36,962 bases of DNA from Gammaproteobacteria bacterium (GTDB lineage: Bacteria; Pseudomonadota; Gammaproteobacteria; GCA-002705445; GCA-002716945): NCBI GenBank assembly GCA_045561295.1, contig JBJKYD010000011.1, positions 1-36,962 of the forward strand, given 5' to 3'. The notes beneath the pieces were generated by a model that was not told the origin of the DNA, searched no databases, and saw nothing but the letters and a program-made list of their open reading frames with translations. A program made the translations under genes and the position numbers. Positions 1 through 8,966 of the stretch are shown in pieces (position 1 is the stretch's first letter; every line of letters starts with the position of its first letter).

Positions 1-1433
1 TGTGCCATTGGCATCTACAGCCTAAACCAGGGACAGATTCTGCATTAGCACTTGGCATGATGAATGAAATTGTAAAAAACAATCTACACGATAAAGCTTT
101 TTTAAAAAAACATACTTCTGGCTCAGAAGACTTCATTAAAAATGAATTACCAAAATATACACTTAGTAAAGTAGCAAAGATAACAGGAATCAAACAAGAA
201 GAGATTAAAAAACTAGCACATGAATACGCAAAAGCAAAAAGAAGTTATATAAGGCCTAACTACGGACTCAATAGACATAGAAATGGTGGCATGATGACAA
301 GAACAATTATGATTTTGCCGGCAATAACAGGAGCATGGAAACATAAAGAGTCTGGATGTTTTGTAGGCTCTATTGAAGAGATGTGGAATGTTGATTTACA
401 AAAATTACAAAGGCCTGATCTTCTAGAAAATAAAAAACCTAGAAGTATCAACATGGTACAAATAGGAAAAGCATTAAATAATAAAAAACTTAATCCTCCG
501 ATTAAACATTTGTTTGTTTGGAATTCTGATATTGCAAATTGTACACCGGATAGCAGAAATGTTAGAGATGGATTAAAAAGAAAAGATTTATTTACAGCTG
601 TACATGATACTTTTTGGACTGATAGCTGTATATACGCTGATGTGGTATTACCTGCGGATACTCAACTTGAACACACAGATCTTCATGCACCGTATGGTCA
701 TTATTATTTTAGTTTAACTCAACAAGCTATAAAACCATTAGGTGAGAGTAAATCGAATCAAGATCTATTCAGAGACTTAGCAAAAAAAATGGGATACAAA
801 GAGAAATGCTTTAGAGAATCTGATGAGAGCATGATAAAAAATATGATTGATTCCAAGCACAATCCATTATTTAAAGGTGTGACTTTTGAAAAACTTAAAA
901 AAAATGGTTGGGTAAAAGGTGATGTTGATAATCCTAGACGTAATTATCTAAAAACAGGCTGGCCTACTAAAAATAAGAAGATACAAATTTACTCTGAAGA
1001 AACGAAGAAAATTGGATTAGGTGGTTACCCTTCTTATACTGAAGAATTTAAAAAATCAGAAATTAAAAAGAAATATCCAATTCAGATATTAAGTCCTGCA
1101 ACACATCAATTTATTGGAAATTCATTTGTGTCAGTTGAAAGATTGAGGAATATGGCATCACGACCAACAATAGAAATATCATCGATAGATGCAAAAAAAA
1201 GAAAAATTCAAGATGGTGATTTGTGTAAAGTTTTTAATGATGTAGGTGAAACCTTTGCACATGCAATCATTAAAGATTCAATGCTCGAAGGTGTGGCCTC
1301 TACGCAAAAACAATATAGGGGCTCTCTAGTTAAGAACGGTCTTAATGCAAATGCACTTAACACTCAAGATTTAACAGATATGGGTGATGGCCCAATCTTT
1401 TATACAGTCTTAGCTCAAATTAAAAGAGTATAA
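1..1433 (+). CDS. Molybdopterin-dependent oxidoreductase (DMSO reductase/MopB superfamily), 5'-truncated by the window edge
   Basis: Frame is open from position 3 (CHWHLQPKPGTDSALALGMM), containing the MopB PGTDxALAL motif. Also has HDTFWTDSCIYADVVLPA and a C-terminal molybdopterin-dinucleotide-binding domain (SPATHQFIGNSF...IEISSIDAKKRKIQDGD). ATG 57 is internal. Confidence 0.88.
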   Translation, partial: CHWHLQPKPGTDSALALGMMNEIVKNNLHDKAFLKKHTSGSEDFIKNELPKYTLSKVAKITGIKQEEIKKLAHEYAKAKRSYIRPNYGLNRHRNGGMMTRTIMILPAITGAWKHKESGCFVGSIEEMWNVDLQKLQRPDLLENKKPRSINMVQIGKALNNKKLNPPIKHLFVWNSDIANCTPDSRNVRDGLKRKDLFTAVHDTFWTDSCIYADVVLPADTQLEHTDLHAPYGHYYFSLTQQAIKPLGESKSNQDLFRDLAKKMGYKEKCFRESDESMIKNMIDSKHNPLFKGVTFEKLKKNGWVKGDVDNPRRNYLKTGWPTKNKKIQIYSEETKKIGLGGYPSYTEEFKKSEIKKKYPIQILSPATHQFIGNSFVSVERLRNMASRPTIEISSIDAKKRKIQDGDLCKVFNDVGETFAHAIIKDSMLEGVASTQKQYRGSLVKNGLNANALNTQDLTDMGDGPIFYTVLAQIKRV

Positions 1434-1517
1434 TTATTCTTTTTAAAGTACTATTATTTAATTTCTTAGGTATTTACATGAGTTACTGAAATTTTTAGTT
1501 ATACCAGTACAATAAAA

Positions 1518-1946
1518 ATGATTGAATATTCAGATAATAGTAAAAATTTCGGAAAAGAAACTCTCGATAATGGGGATATTTATGAAGGTGAGTTTAAAAA
1601 TGGCCTCAAACACGGTAAAGGAACATTAACTACAAGAAATAATAGATCTTATGAAGGTGACTGGAGGAATGACAAACCTCATGGATTTGGAATCAATACG
1701 TTCCCAAACGGGAAAATATATACCGGCAACTTTAACAAGGGAAAGCCAGTTGGCGATGGACAATGGACTTATGCTGATGGAAGGATATATAACGGCACGT
1801 GGGTTAATGGCTCATTCTTAAACAAAAACAATACTTCAGAAGTGCAAGAGTATAAGTTTATTACTTCTATAATAAACATAGTTGTAATAGGAGCAATGCT
1901 TTCATTTGTTATTTTTTGGTTAGTCAAAGTTCTAAAAATTATCTGA
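1518..1946 (+). CDS. MORN-repeat protein with C-terminal transmembrane helix
   Basis: About four YxGxF/WxxxxxxGxG repeats (YEGEFKNGLKHGKG, YEGDWRNDKPHGFG, YTGNFNKGKPVGDG, partial YNGTWVNG), then a hydrophobic tail IINIVVIGAMLSFVIFWLV. Confidence 0.85.
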   Translation: MIEYSDNSKNFGKETLDNGDIYEGEFKNGLKHGKGTLTTRNNRSYEGDWRNDKPHGFGINTFPNGKIYTGNFNKGKPVGDGQWTYADGRIYNGTWVNGSFLNKNNTSEVQEYKFITSIINIVVIGAMLSFVIFWLVKVLKII

Positions 1947-2142
1947 GTGGTGCCATAAATACATCTACAATCATTGCCTGATTTATGTAGACATAATTTA
2001 TATAAATAGCTAAGAAGACTACTCCAAATATTTTTTTATTAACTAATTTGTCTAAACGAGAAAACTTTGCAACGCACTGACCAAATGTATAGGCGAAGTA
2101 TCCTACTGCAAGAAAAAATATTAATCCAATTACAATTGCCAT
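1939..2142 (-). CDS. Small hypothetical membrane protein (two TM segments)
   Basis: 67-aa ORF with two hydrophobic stretches separated by a basic loop. Co-oriented with the upstream minus-strand operon and fills the gap exactly. Confidence 0.6.
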   Translation of the reverse strand: MAIVIGLIFFLAVGYFAYTFGQCVAKFSRLDKLVNKKIFGVVFLAIYINYVYINQAMIVDVFMAPLR

Positions 2143-2179
2143 ATCTCAAGCTAACACCTGAGAAATAGTTAGACAAGTA

Positions 2180-2608
2180 TTAATCAAGAATTATATTAAT
2201 TTGTCTTGGTATCAAGCATGTTGAATTATCAAATGCATTTGTGTATCTCACGAACATTCCAAAAGGTGTAGTTGAGTCAACTATTCTGTCAAAAATGATG
2301 CCTGCACCTGTACTAAGTATGGTATTAACTTCTATTTCCTCTTCCGGTTTTGGCATTAGCCCAAATTCTCCTAATTTTGTTCCGCTTTTACATAAGATAT
2401 TAATAGGACCACAATTTGCTTGATAATTAATTTTTTGAGGAGTTGTAAAACTAATTCTAGTTTCAGCTGAGTATAATTTACAATCTGCAGATAGTTCTTT
2501 TTTGTTTTTATCATAGGTAGTTATGCTCATTGGAAAATTATATTGTCCTGACATTCTGGAGCCACAAGAAGATAGAACAAATAAAATTAACATCAGATAG
2601 TATTTCAT
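2180..2608 (-). CDS. Hypothetical lipoprotein
   Basis: Signal peptide II MKYYLMLILFVLSS-C (lipobox LSSC). ATGA overlap with the SDR stop codon. Confidence 0.7.
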   Translation of the reverse strand: MKYYLMLILFVLSSCGSRMSGQYNFPMSITTYDKNKKELSADCKLYSAETRISFTTPQKINYQANCGPINILCKSGTKLGEFGLMPKPEEEIEVNTILSTGAGIIFDRIVDSTTPFGMFVRYTNAFDNSTCLIPRQINIILD

Positions 2609-3429
2609 AGATATTTTGACAAAATTTTTTCGCTATAATCCCACAATTTTTCATTTATTTCATTATCATAAGAATCCGAGGACGATTTTACAGGTATGCA
2701 TTTTTTAAAATAAAGACCTGATACGCCTCTAATCTCATTATCATTAGTAAGATAAAGAATTGTTTCAGCACCTTCTTTAGATGATATTCCAAAATATTTA
2801 ATCACACTTGCCATAATCTTATATTGGAGAGCATTATCATTTGCAAAGTTCGTATTTACTACGCCAGGGTGTAAGCAGTTTACAGTCGACTTACCTGTCA
2901 AGAGTCTCTTGTGGAGTTCATATGACAAATAAATATTTGCTAGTTTACTTTTTTTGTAAGAGTACCATCCATTATAATTTTTTTTATTTTGAAAATCATC
3001 AGAGTTCAAGCTAATATTTCTATGTGCTTCAGAACTAACATTAATGATTCTTAGCGGATTATCTTGTTGAGTAAACATTTTTGATAAAACAAAATAACTC
3101 ATATGATTTAGACTAAATGTTTTTTCTAAGCCTTCAACAGTTACCTCCCTTTTCATAAATATTGCACCTACATTATTAATTAGAAAGTCTATGTTTTTAT
3201 ATTTTTTAGATACTTGTTTATAGAAAATAATATTTTCTCTTATAAGAGACAAATCATGTTCATGTATATCACACTTGATATTATTTTCATTTTCAAGGAT
3301 TCTTTTGGTAGATTCTAGTTTTGACATATTCCGAGATACTAAAATTAGCTTATGTTGTTTCTTCGCTAAACCTTTTGCTGTCTCTAGACCTATTCCTGAT
3401 GTCGCGCCAGTAATAATAGTAGTGGGCAT
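2605..3429 (-). CDS. Short-chain dehydrogenase/reductase, retinol dehydrogenase-like subgroup
   Basis: TGATSGIG, NNVG, NHMSYF (NHLGHF-like), NVSS, YKKSK catalytic motif and LHPGVVNTN. Confidence 0.88.
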   Translation of the reverse strand: MPTTIITGATSGIGLETAKGLAKKQHKLILVSRNMSKLESTKRILENENNIKCDIHEHDLSLIRENIIFYKQVSKKYKNIDFLINNVGAIFMKREVTVEGLEKTFSLNHMSYFVLSKMFTQQDNPLRIINVSSEAHRNISLNSDDFQNKKNYNGWYSYKKSKLANIYLSYELHKRLLTGKSTVNCLHPGVVNTNFANDNALQYKIMASVIKYFGISSKEGAETILYLTNDNEIRGVSGLYFKKCIPVKSSSDSYDNEINEKLWDYSEKILSKYL

Positions 3430-3433
3430 ATGA

Positions 3434-4255
3434 TTATTTGCGATTAATTATGAAAGATAAGATATCCTTCATTTTGTTTTTACTACGAATGAGTTTCATT
3501 CTAAGTGAATCTGCCTCTATTTCATATTTATAGCATTTTTTTAAAGCATCTTCTTTGCTTGTGACATTAAGTATATTAATGAGTTCGTTATTTTTATTTT
3601 CATAATCATGAATGTCATCTATTATCTGAAAAATTTTACCTATAATCTTTCCATAATCTCTAGATAATTTTATTTCTTGCCTACTTTTGTCGCTTATTAT
3701 AAAAGGCGCGGCTACACAAAATTCAAAAAGCCTAGCTGTTTTAAGTTCGTGGATGTTGTTAATGGACTTATAATTTAAATTCTTTTTAGTAGTGTCTATG
3801 TCTAATGACTGACCCCCAGCTAACCCTTCATAACCAGATAGTTCAGAAAGTAGTTTTACAAGTGTGAGATTTGCATCATGAGAAAGTATATTAAAAGCTA
3901 ATGTAAGTAAACTATTGCCTGCTAAGATTGCTTGAGCCTCATCAAATTTTTTGTGGGTGCTCAGTCTTCCCCGTCTATAATCGTCATCATCCATGCATGG
4001 AAGGTCATCATGGATAAGTGAATATGAATGTACAAGCTCTATAGCTATCATAGATTTAATATATTGGTTTTTTTTAAGTCCAAGTGATTTTGCAACCTCT
4101 TTGATTATTATTGGCCTTAGGCGTTTCCCTCCATTTTTCATGCTGTAACACATGACCTTGTATAATTTACTATTAGATTTATATCTATTTAAAAAAAGGT
4201 CTAAATCTTTATTGAAGGAGACAATCTCCCCTTTTATATATTTATTAATTTCCAT
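3434..4255 (-). CDS. ispA: Short-chain polyprenyl diphosphate synthase (FPP synthase IspA-like)
   Basis: GGKRLRP, FARM HSYSLIHDDLPCMDDDDYRRG, GGQSLD, KTARLF and SARM FQIIDDIHD. Confidence 0.85.
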   Translation of the reverse strand: MEINKYIKGEIVSFNKDLDLFLNRYKSNSKLYKVMCYSMKNGGKRLRPIIIKEVAKSLGLKKNQYIKSMIAIELVHSYSLIHDDLPCMDDDDYRRGRLSTHKKFDEAQAILAGNSLLTLAFNILSHDANLTLVKLLSELSGYEGLAGGQSLDIDTTKKNLNYKSINNIHELKTARLFEFCVAAPFIISDKSRQEIKLSRDYGKIIGKIFQIIDDIHDYENKNNELINILNVTSKEDALKKCYKYEIEADSLRMKLIRSKNKMKDILSFIINRK

Positions 4256-4272
4256 GAATCTAGTTTATGATT
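4256..4272. promoter_or_regulatory. Putative bidirectional promoter with overlapping -10 elements, serving two leaderless genes
   Basis: Plus strand TAGTTT (4261-4266) + 6 nt + ATG 4273. Minus strand TAAACT (4267-4262) + 6 nt + ATG 4255. No Shine-Dalgarno on either side. Confidence 0.45.
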
Positions 4273-4959
4273 ATGACAGAAAGTTTAATATTTATGAAAA
4301 TTAAAAAATTATCTATTGGCATAGTACTTATATTAGTTATCATCACTGGTTTTCTGGCTAATGATGAATTTCACTTATACTTAATTGAGAATATTTACCA
4401 TGTTAAAAAGTTTTATAGTGACGAACCATCAATCTTTATTGCCATATTTATAACATCTTACTTAATAATGACAACATTATCATTACCTGTAGCGTTATTA
4501 ATGGGGCTTTTAGCAGGCAGTATATTTGAGATTTATTTAGCTATAATTATAGTATCATTTACATCAACAGTAGGAGCCACTGTTGCTATGAGTTTAGCTA
4601 GATATATTGCAAGAGACTATATGTTTTCTAAATATAAAAAATACTCTGAGATAATAAATTCTAACTTCATGGATAACGGGGGCTATTATTTATTCGCATT
4701 GAGAATGTCTCCTATATTTCCTTTCTTTGTCATAAATATATGCTTTGGCTTGACAAATATGAAGGTTGTTCCATTTTACTTGATCAGTCAAATAGGAATG
4801 CTCCCAGGTACAATCATAATAATTTTATTGGGTAATGAGCTGAATGATGTTTGGATTTCTGGAAATGTAATATCACCAACCATGATTGTATATTTGACAC
4901 TGCTTGGATTAATTCCTCTGTTGTCTAAAAAATATTTGAAAGTTAGCAAGAAGAATTAA
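4273..4959 (+). CDS. TVP38/TMEM64 (VTT/DedA superfamily, YdjX-like) membrane protein
   Basis: Highly hydrophobic, with TLSLP...LLAGSIF, STVGATVAMSLARY, LRMSPIFPFFVIN and SQIGMLPGT motifs. Start could be 4267, 4273 or 4294. Confidence 0.85.
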   Translation: MTESLIFMKIKKLSIGIVLILVIITGFLANDEFHLYLIENIYHVKKFYSDEPSIFIAIFITSYLIMTTLSLPVALLMGLLAGSIFEIYLAIIIVSFTSTVGATVAMSLARYIARDYMFSKYKKYSEIINSNFMDNGGYYLFALRMSPIFPFFVINICFGLTNMKVVPFYLISQIGMLPGTIIIILLGNELNDVWISGNVISPTMIVYLTLLGLIPLLSKKYLKVSKKN

Positions 4960-5826
4960 CTTTTAATTATTTTCAAAAGATACTCACTATATGGACTGGT
5001 GCTCATCTCTTGAGCATTTATTTTAATATTATCTTCATTAATCCATTTATAATTATAAGCAACTTCCTCAGGACAAGAGATTTTGATGCCATTTTTAAGT
5101 TCAATAGACTTTACAAAAAGACTGGCTTCCAGAAAAGATTCGACTGTACCTGCATCCATCCACGTGTACTCTTGATCAAGAATTTCTGCATATAATTTTT
5201 CTTGTTTCATGTAAGCGATATTTACATCGGTTATCTCCAATTCACCTCTTGGTGAAGGTGATATGCTAGAAGCAACATCAGAAGCATGTTCGTCATAAAA
5301 ATATAGCCCAGTGACACAAAGATTAGATTTAGGTATTGATGGTTTTTCTTCAATGCTAATTACCTTATCCTCAGCATTTAATTCGCAGATACCAAATCTT
5401 TTTGGATCAGGTACCTCGTAAGCAAAAATTGTATTTTTTTTACTTACGCTGGCATGCCTCAATTTTGATTGAAGTTCAGGTCCATAAAATATATTATCGC
5501 CAAGCATTAATGCACAAGGATTGTTATCAAGAAATTCCGATGCTATTAATAATGCGTCAGCTATTCCTCTAGGTTGTGCTTGAATTTCATAAAAAATATT
5601 AACTCCCCATTTTTTTTCCATCTCCCAATAATGCATGTACTCTCTCTTTGTCCATCGGTGTAGTAATTACAAGTATTTCCCTTATACCTGCAAGCATTAG
5701 CGTGGATACAGAGTAATAAATCATTGGTTTGTCATAAACAGGTAGAAGACATTTAGGTAGTGCTATGGTTGTGGGATACAGACGAGTTCCTTTCCCTCCT
5801 GCCAGAATGATACCTTTTCTATTCAT
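4956..5826 (-). pseudogene. rfbA: Glucose-1-phosphate thymidylyltransferase split by one extra A in an A8 tract (possible sequencing error or slippage site)
   Basis: N-part 5599-5826 has [14 protein letters not shown] and [11 protein letters not shown]-part has LGDNIFYG, EEKP, TGLYFYD, RGELEITD and WMDAGT. Removing one T from plus-strand 5610-5617 restores ...[14 protein letters not shown]... Confidence 0.85.
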
Positions 5827-5924
5827 TTTTTATATACTGCATTAAACATGCCAAATTGTGTAAACAATGTAGCATAAAAAGGTTTTTTTATCACTCAGGA
5901 CAGAGGGTATATAATTAAAATGCC

Positions 5925-5997
5925 TGCCGGAAAGAGGAATCGAACCCCCGACCTACGCGTTACGAATGCGGTGCTCTACCTACTGAGCTATTCCGGC
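5925..5997 (-). tRNA. tRNA-Thr (anticodon CGT)
   Basis: Minus strand reads GCCGGAA TA GCTCAGTAGGTAGAGC A CCGCA TTCGTAA CGCGT AGGTC GGGGG TTCGATT CCTCT TTCCGGC A. Perfect 7-bp acceptor stem, canonical D and T loops, CCA not encoded. Confidence 0.93.
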
Positions 5998-6046
5998 CAG
6001 AATACTATCTATGAGTTAATGATTATATTATCATATATCATTATTG

Positions 6047-6247
6047 ATGAATATTTTGTTAAATAATGTACCTGAAAAAATATTTGCAGGATCAACTGTA
6101 AAAAACCTCCTTGAGAACAAGAATATCAAAAATAAATATTACGCAGTAGAGATAAACAAAAAAATAATTCCGAAATCGAATCATGAAACGCATCTGATAA
6201 AAGATGGAGATAAAATTGAAATAATTACGGCCATTGGGGGTGGCTAG
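6047..6247 (+). CDS. thiS: Sulfur carrier protein ThiS
   Basis: 66-aa ubiquitin-like protein ending ...[12 protein letters not shown], directly upstream of thiG. TTG 6044 is an alternative start. Confidence 0.92.
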   Translation: MNILLNNVPEKIFAGSTVKNLLENKNIKNKYYAVEINKKIIPKSNHETHLIKDGDKIEIITAIGGG

Positions 6248-6249
6248 AT

Positions 6250-7032
6250 TTGAGTAAACTGATAATCAATAAGAGAGAATATTCTTCTCGGCTAATACTT
6301 GGGACGGGTAAGTATAAAGATTTTGATGAGACTAAATCAGCCCTTCAGGCCAGTGGTTGTGAAATGGTAACAGTAGCAATAAGGAGAATAAATATAGGAC
6401 AAGATCATGATTCTAAAAATTTGTTAGATTATGTATCTCCTGATAGATATACAATTCTTCCTAACACAGCAGGTTGTTACAATGCTAAAGATGCGGTGAG
6501 GACCTGCGAGATTGCTGCAGAATTATTAAATGGCGAGAAATTAGTCAAACTGGAAGTGTTAAGTGAAAGCAAGACGCTTTTCCCAAATATAATGGAAACA
6601 ATTAAAGCAGCTGAGATTCTCGTAAAAAAAGATTTCAAAGTAATGGTCTATACAACAGATGACCCTATAGTCGCCAAAGAGCTGGAAAATATTGGCTGTG
6701 AGTGTGTAATGCCGCTTGGTTCAGCAATAGGTTCTGGTATTGGTATAATTAATGAATATAACATCCGAGAAATAGTTGAAAATGCAACTGTGCCTATCAT
6801 CGTTGATGCAGGTGTCGGTACAGCAAGCGATGCATGTATAGCAATGGAACTAGGTTGCGACGGAGTTCTTATGAACACGGCTATAGCTTGTGCGAGTGAA
6901 CCAGTTCTTATGGCTAATGCAATGAAATATGCGGTAATCGCAGGAAGAGATGCATTGCTAGCAGGAAGAATTATTAAAAATCATACTGGCACAGCATCTT
7001 CACCTAAAGTTGGGCTAATAACAGGTGAATAG
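6250..7032 (+). CDS. thiG: Thiazole synthase
   Basis: [44 protein letters not shown] and [13 protein letters not shown] start. Confidence 0.96.
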   Translation: MSKLIINKREYSSRLILGTGKYKDFDETKSALQASGCEMVTVAIRRINIGQDHDSKNLLDYVSPDRYTILPNTAGCYNAKDAVRTCEIAAELLNGEKLVKLEVLSESKTLFPNIMETIKAAEILVKKDFKVMVYTTDDPIVAKELENIGCECVMPLGSAIGSGIGIINEYNIREIVENATVPIIVDAGVGTASDACIAMELGCDGVLMNTAIACASEPVLMANAMKYAVIAGRDALLAGRIIKNHTGTASSPKVGLITGE

Positions 7033-7606
7033 ACCTGTATTTTATAATTCATTTAGATCTCGAAAGTTTCAAAAACTGGGCAAACCAAAAAGATCAATTT
7101 TTGATATTCTTTCATCAGAGAGTAATATTATTTTGGATATAGGTTTTGGCACGGGTGAGTCAACATTGGCGCTAAAAAATATGTTTCCAAAGTATAGTCT
7201 TTGTGGGATTGAGGCTTACAAGCCTGGTGTCAAAAATTTACTTAGAGAAAATGTGTATGCTCATTATGGAGACGCATTAGAAATTATTGAAAAAATTAAA
7301 TACGATACAATAAATCAGATTTATATGTTATTTCCTGATCCTTGGCAAAAAAAGAAGCACAGAAAAAGAAGATTATTTAATGAGTATACTTTCGAAATCA
7401 TCAGATCAATTATAAAAAAAGATGGCTTATTCCACTTTGCAACAGACAACATAAGTTATGCCTTAGAAGCAAGAGGAATCATTAGAAAAGTCACATCCAG
7501 TCGTATAGAGTTTTCGAAAAATCGTGGGCTACGCCCTATCACAAAGTTTGAAAAAAAAGGCATCTGTAAAAAGAATTTTGTTTTTGATTTGATCTATATC
7601 AAATAG
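7025..7606 (+). CDS. trmB: tRNA (guanine-N7)-methyltransferase
   Basis: [29 protein letters not shown] and TKFE motifs, in the conserved thiS-thiG-trmB order. Confidence 0.9.
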   Translation: MNRPVFYNSFRSRKFQKLGKPKRSIFDILSSESNIILDIGFGTGESTLALKNMFPKYSLCGIEAYKPGVKNLLRENVYAHYGDALEIIEKIKYDTINQIYMLFPDPWQKKKHRKRRLFNEYTFEIIRSIIKKDGLFHFATDNISYALEARGIIRKVTSSRIEFSKNRGLRPITKFEKKGICKKNFVFDLIYIK

Positions 7607-8966
7607 TCGATGATTTGCGTTCTATAACTAAGGATAATAGAAAGCCAAATATAATACCCGTCCAGATATGTGTATTGATACCAGAGAATATTTCAAAAGA
7701 TAGTATTGGAAATATTAAAGTACTAAAAAAAGTTATCCATGAGACGCTTCCTTTTTGTTTATCACTGCTAAAAAGAGAACTCATTTTTTTTATCTTTATG
7801 AGTGGAACAACTGCAAAAATAACAATTATCCCTAATGTAGACTTCGGTAGGTCAAAAAGTAATGGTGTTGCATACAATAATGTTATCATGACAATTAACA
7901 TTGTAATAATTGAAGACAGTGGGCTATATGATCCAACTGATTCATTTACTGCTGATCTAGAAAATGATCCTGATACAGGATAAGCTCCTGAAACACTTGA
8001 TGCAATGTTTCCAAGACCTTGGCCAAATAATTCCTGATTTGAGTTCACTGGTGTTGGATACTTATATAGTTCAACACCCTTAGAATTTTTAACAGGCTCC
8101 TTCTGCTCTAATTGCCTAGCGATAGCTATTGCTTCCATGAAACCGACAAAGCTAATGATGACTGTATGAATGATAAACATGAATAAAAAATCTGGGTGAA
8201 TAGCAAATTCAGGTAAAGAAAATGTTGGCAAACCCTCTGGGATAGCTCCTACTATTGGCCCACTGTAGCTTATACTTTTTGAAAGCACTATAGTAACAAC
8301 AACAGCTGATAATACTGCGATGTTCCCAAAAAACTGGTACTTCGTTAATTTGTTTTTAAAGATATATAAAACTAAAAGAGCTATTAGTGACATCAACACC
8401 GCATATAAATTTATTGGTGTATTTTCTAATAAACTTTTGATGCTAAATAAGTCATTAAGAGAAACTTTATTCAGACCAAAAACTTTGCTGAGTTGAGAAC
8501 TTGCAATGATTAATGCTGCTGCTGATGTAAAACCTAGGATCACATGCTCTTTTAAAACTACATCAATTAATTTTCCAGCTTTAACCATTGACAGTGTCAC
8601 TTGAAATACTCCAACACTTAGAGCAAGCATAATTGCTAGGGGCACATAAAGAGACTCATCTCCCGATGACAATGATGTCACAGCCACAGCCGTCAGAAGA
8701 CTGACCATTGCTACAGGGCCGGTAGCTAGGTATCTTGATGACCCAAAAAATGCAGCAATCGCAACTGGTATGAATGATGCATAAAGCCCGTATACAGGTT
8801 CAAGGTTCGCCAGTGTAGCATAAGCCATTGATTGAGGAATAATTATCATTGCGATAGTAGTCCCTGCAATTATATCTCGTGTGAGATAGTCCTTTTTAGA
8901 AATAGCATTAGGTAACCATGAAATAAAATTTAGAAATAACGACTGGATGTAGATTAAGTAGTTGAT
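7599..8966 (-). CDS. SulP/SLC26 family anion transporter lacking the STAS domain; start codon uncertain
   Basis: IPQSMAYA, YGLYASF, GSSRYLATGP, GFTSAAA, NQEL and GSFSRSAVN. The frame extends upstream of ATG 8849 with conserved-looking SWLP...LTRDIIAGTTIA. Candidate ATC start at 8966, 8 nt behind GAGG. Confidence 0.85.
   Translation of the reverse strand: MNYLIYIQSLFLNFISWLPNAISKKDYLTRDIIAGTTIAMIIIPQSMAYATLANLEPVYGLYASFIPVAIAAFFGSSRYLATGPVAMVSLLTAVAVTSLSSGDESLYVPLAIMLALSVGVFQVTLSMVKAGKLIDVVLKEHVILGFTSAAALIIASSQLSKVFGLNKVSLNDLFSIKSLLENTPINLYAVLMSLIALLVLYIFKNKLTKYQFFGNIAVLSAVVVTIVLSKSISYSGPIVGAIPEGLPTFSLPEFAIHPDFLFMFIIHTVIISFVGFMEAIAIARQLEQKEPVKNSKGVELYKYPTPVNSNQELFGQGLGNIASSVSGAYPVSGSFSRSAVNESVGSYSPLSSIITMLIVMITLLYATPLLFDLPKSTLGIIVIFAVVPLIKIKKMSSLFSSDKQKGSVSWITFFSTLIFPILSFEIFSGINTHIWTGIIFGFLLSLVIERKSSTI

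Noticed and set aside
5880-5997. tRNA-Thr as the attachment site of an integrated element
   Set aside because: No integrase gene and no second copy of the tRNA 3' end was seen in the window, and flanking genes look chromosomal.
5998-6046. TPP riboswitch upstream of thiS-thiG
   Set aside because: The spacer is under 50 bp and AT-rich, with no room or conserved core for the aptamer.
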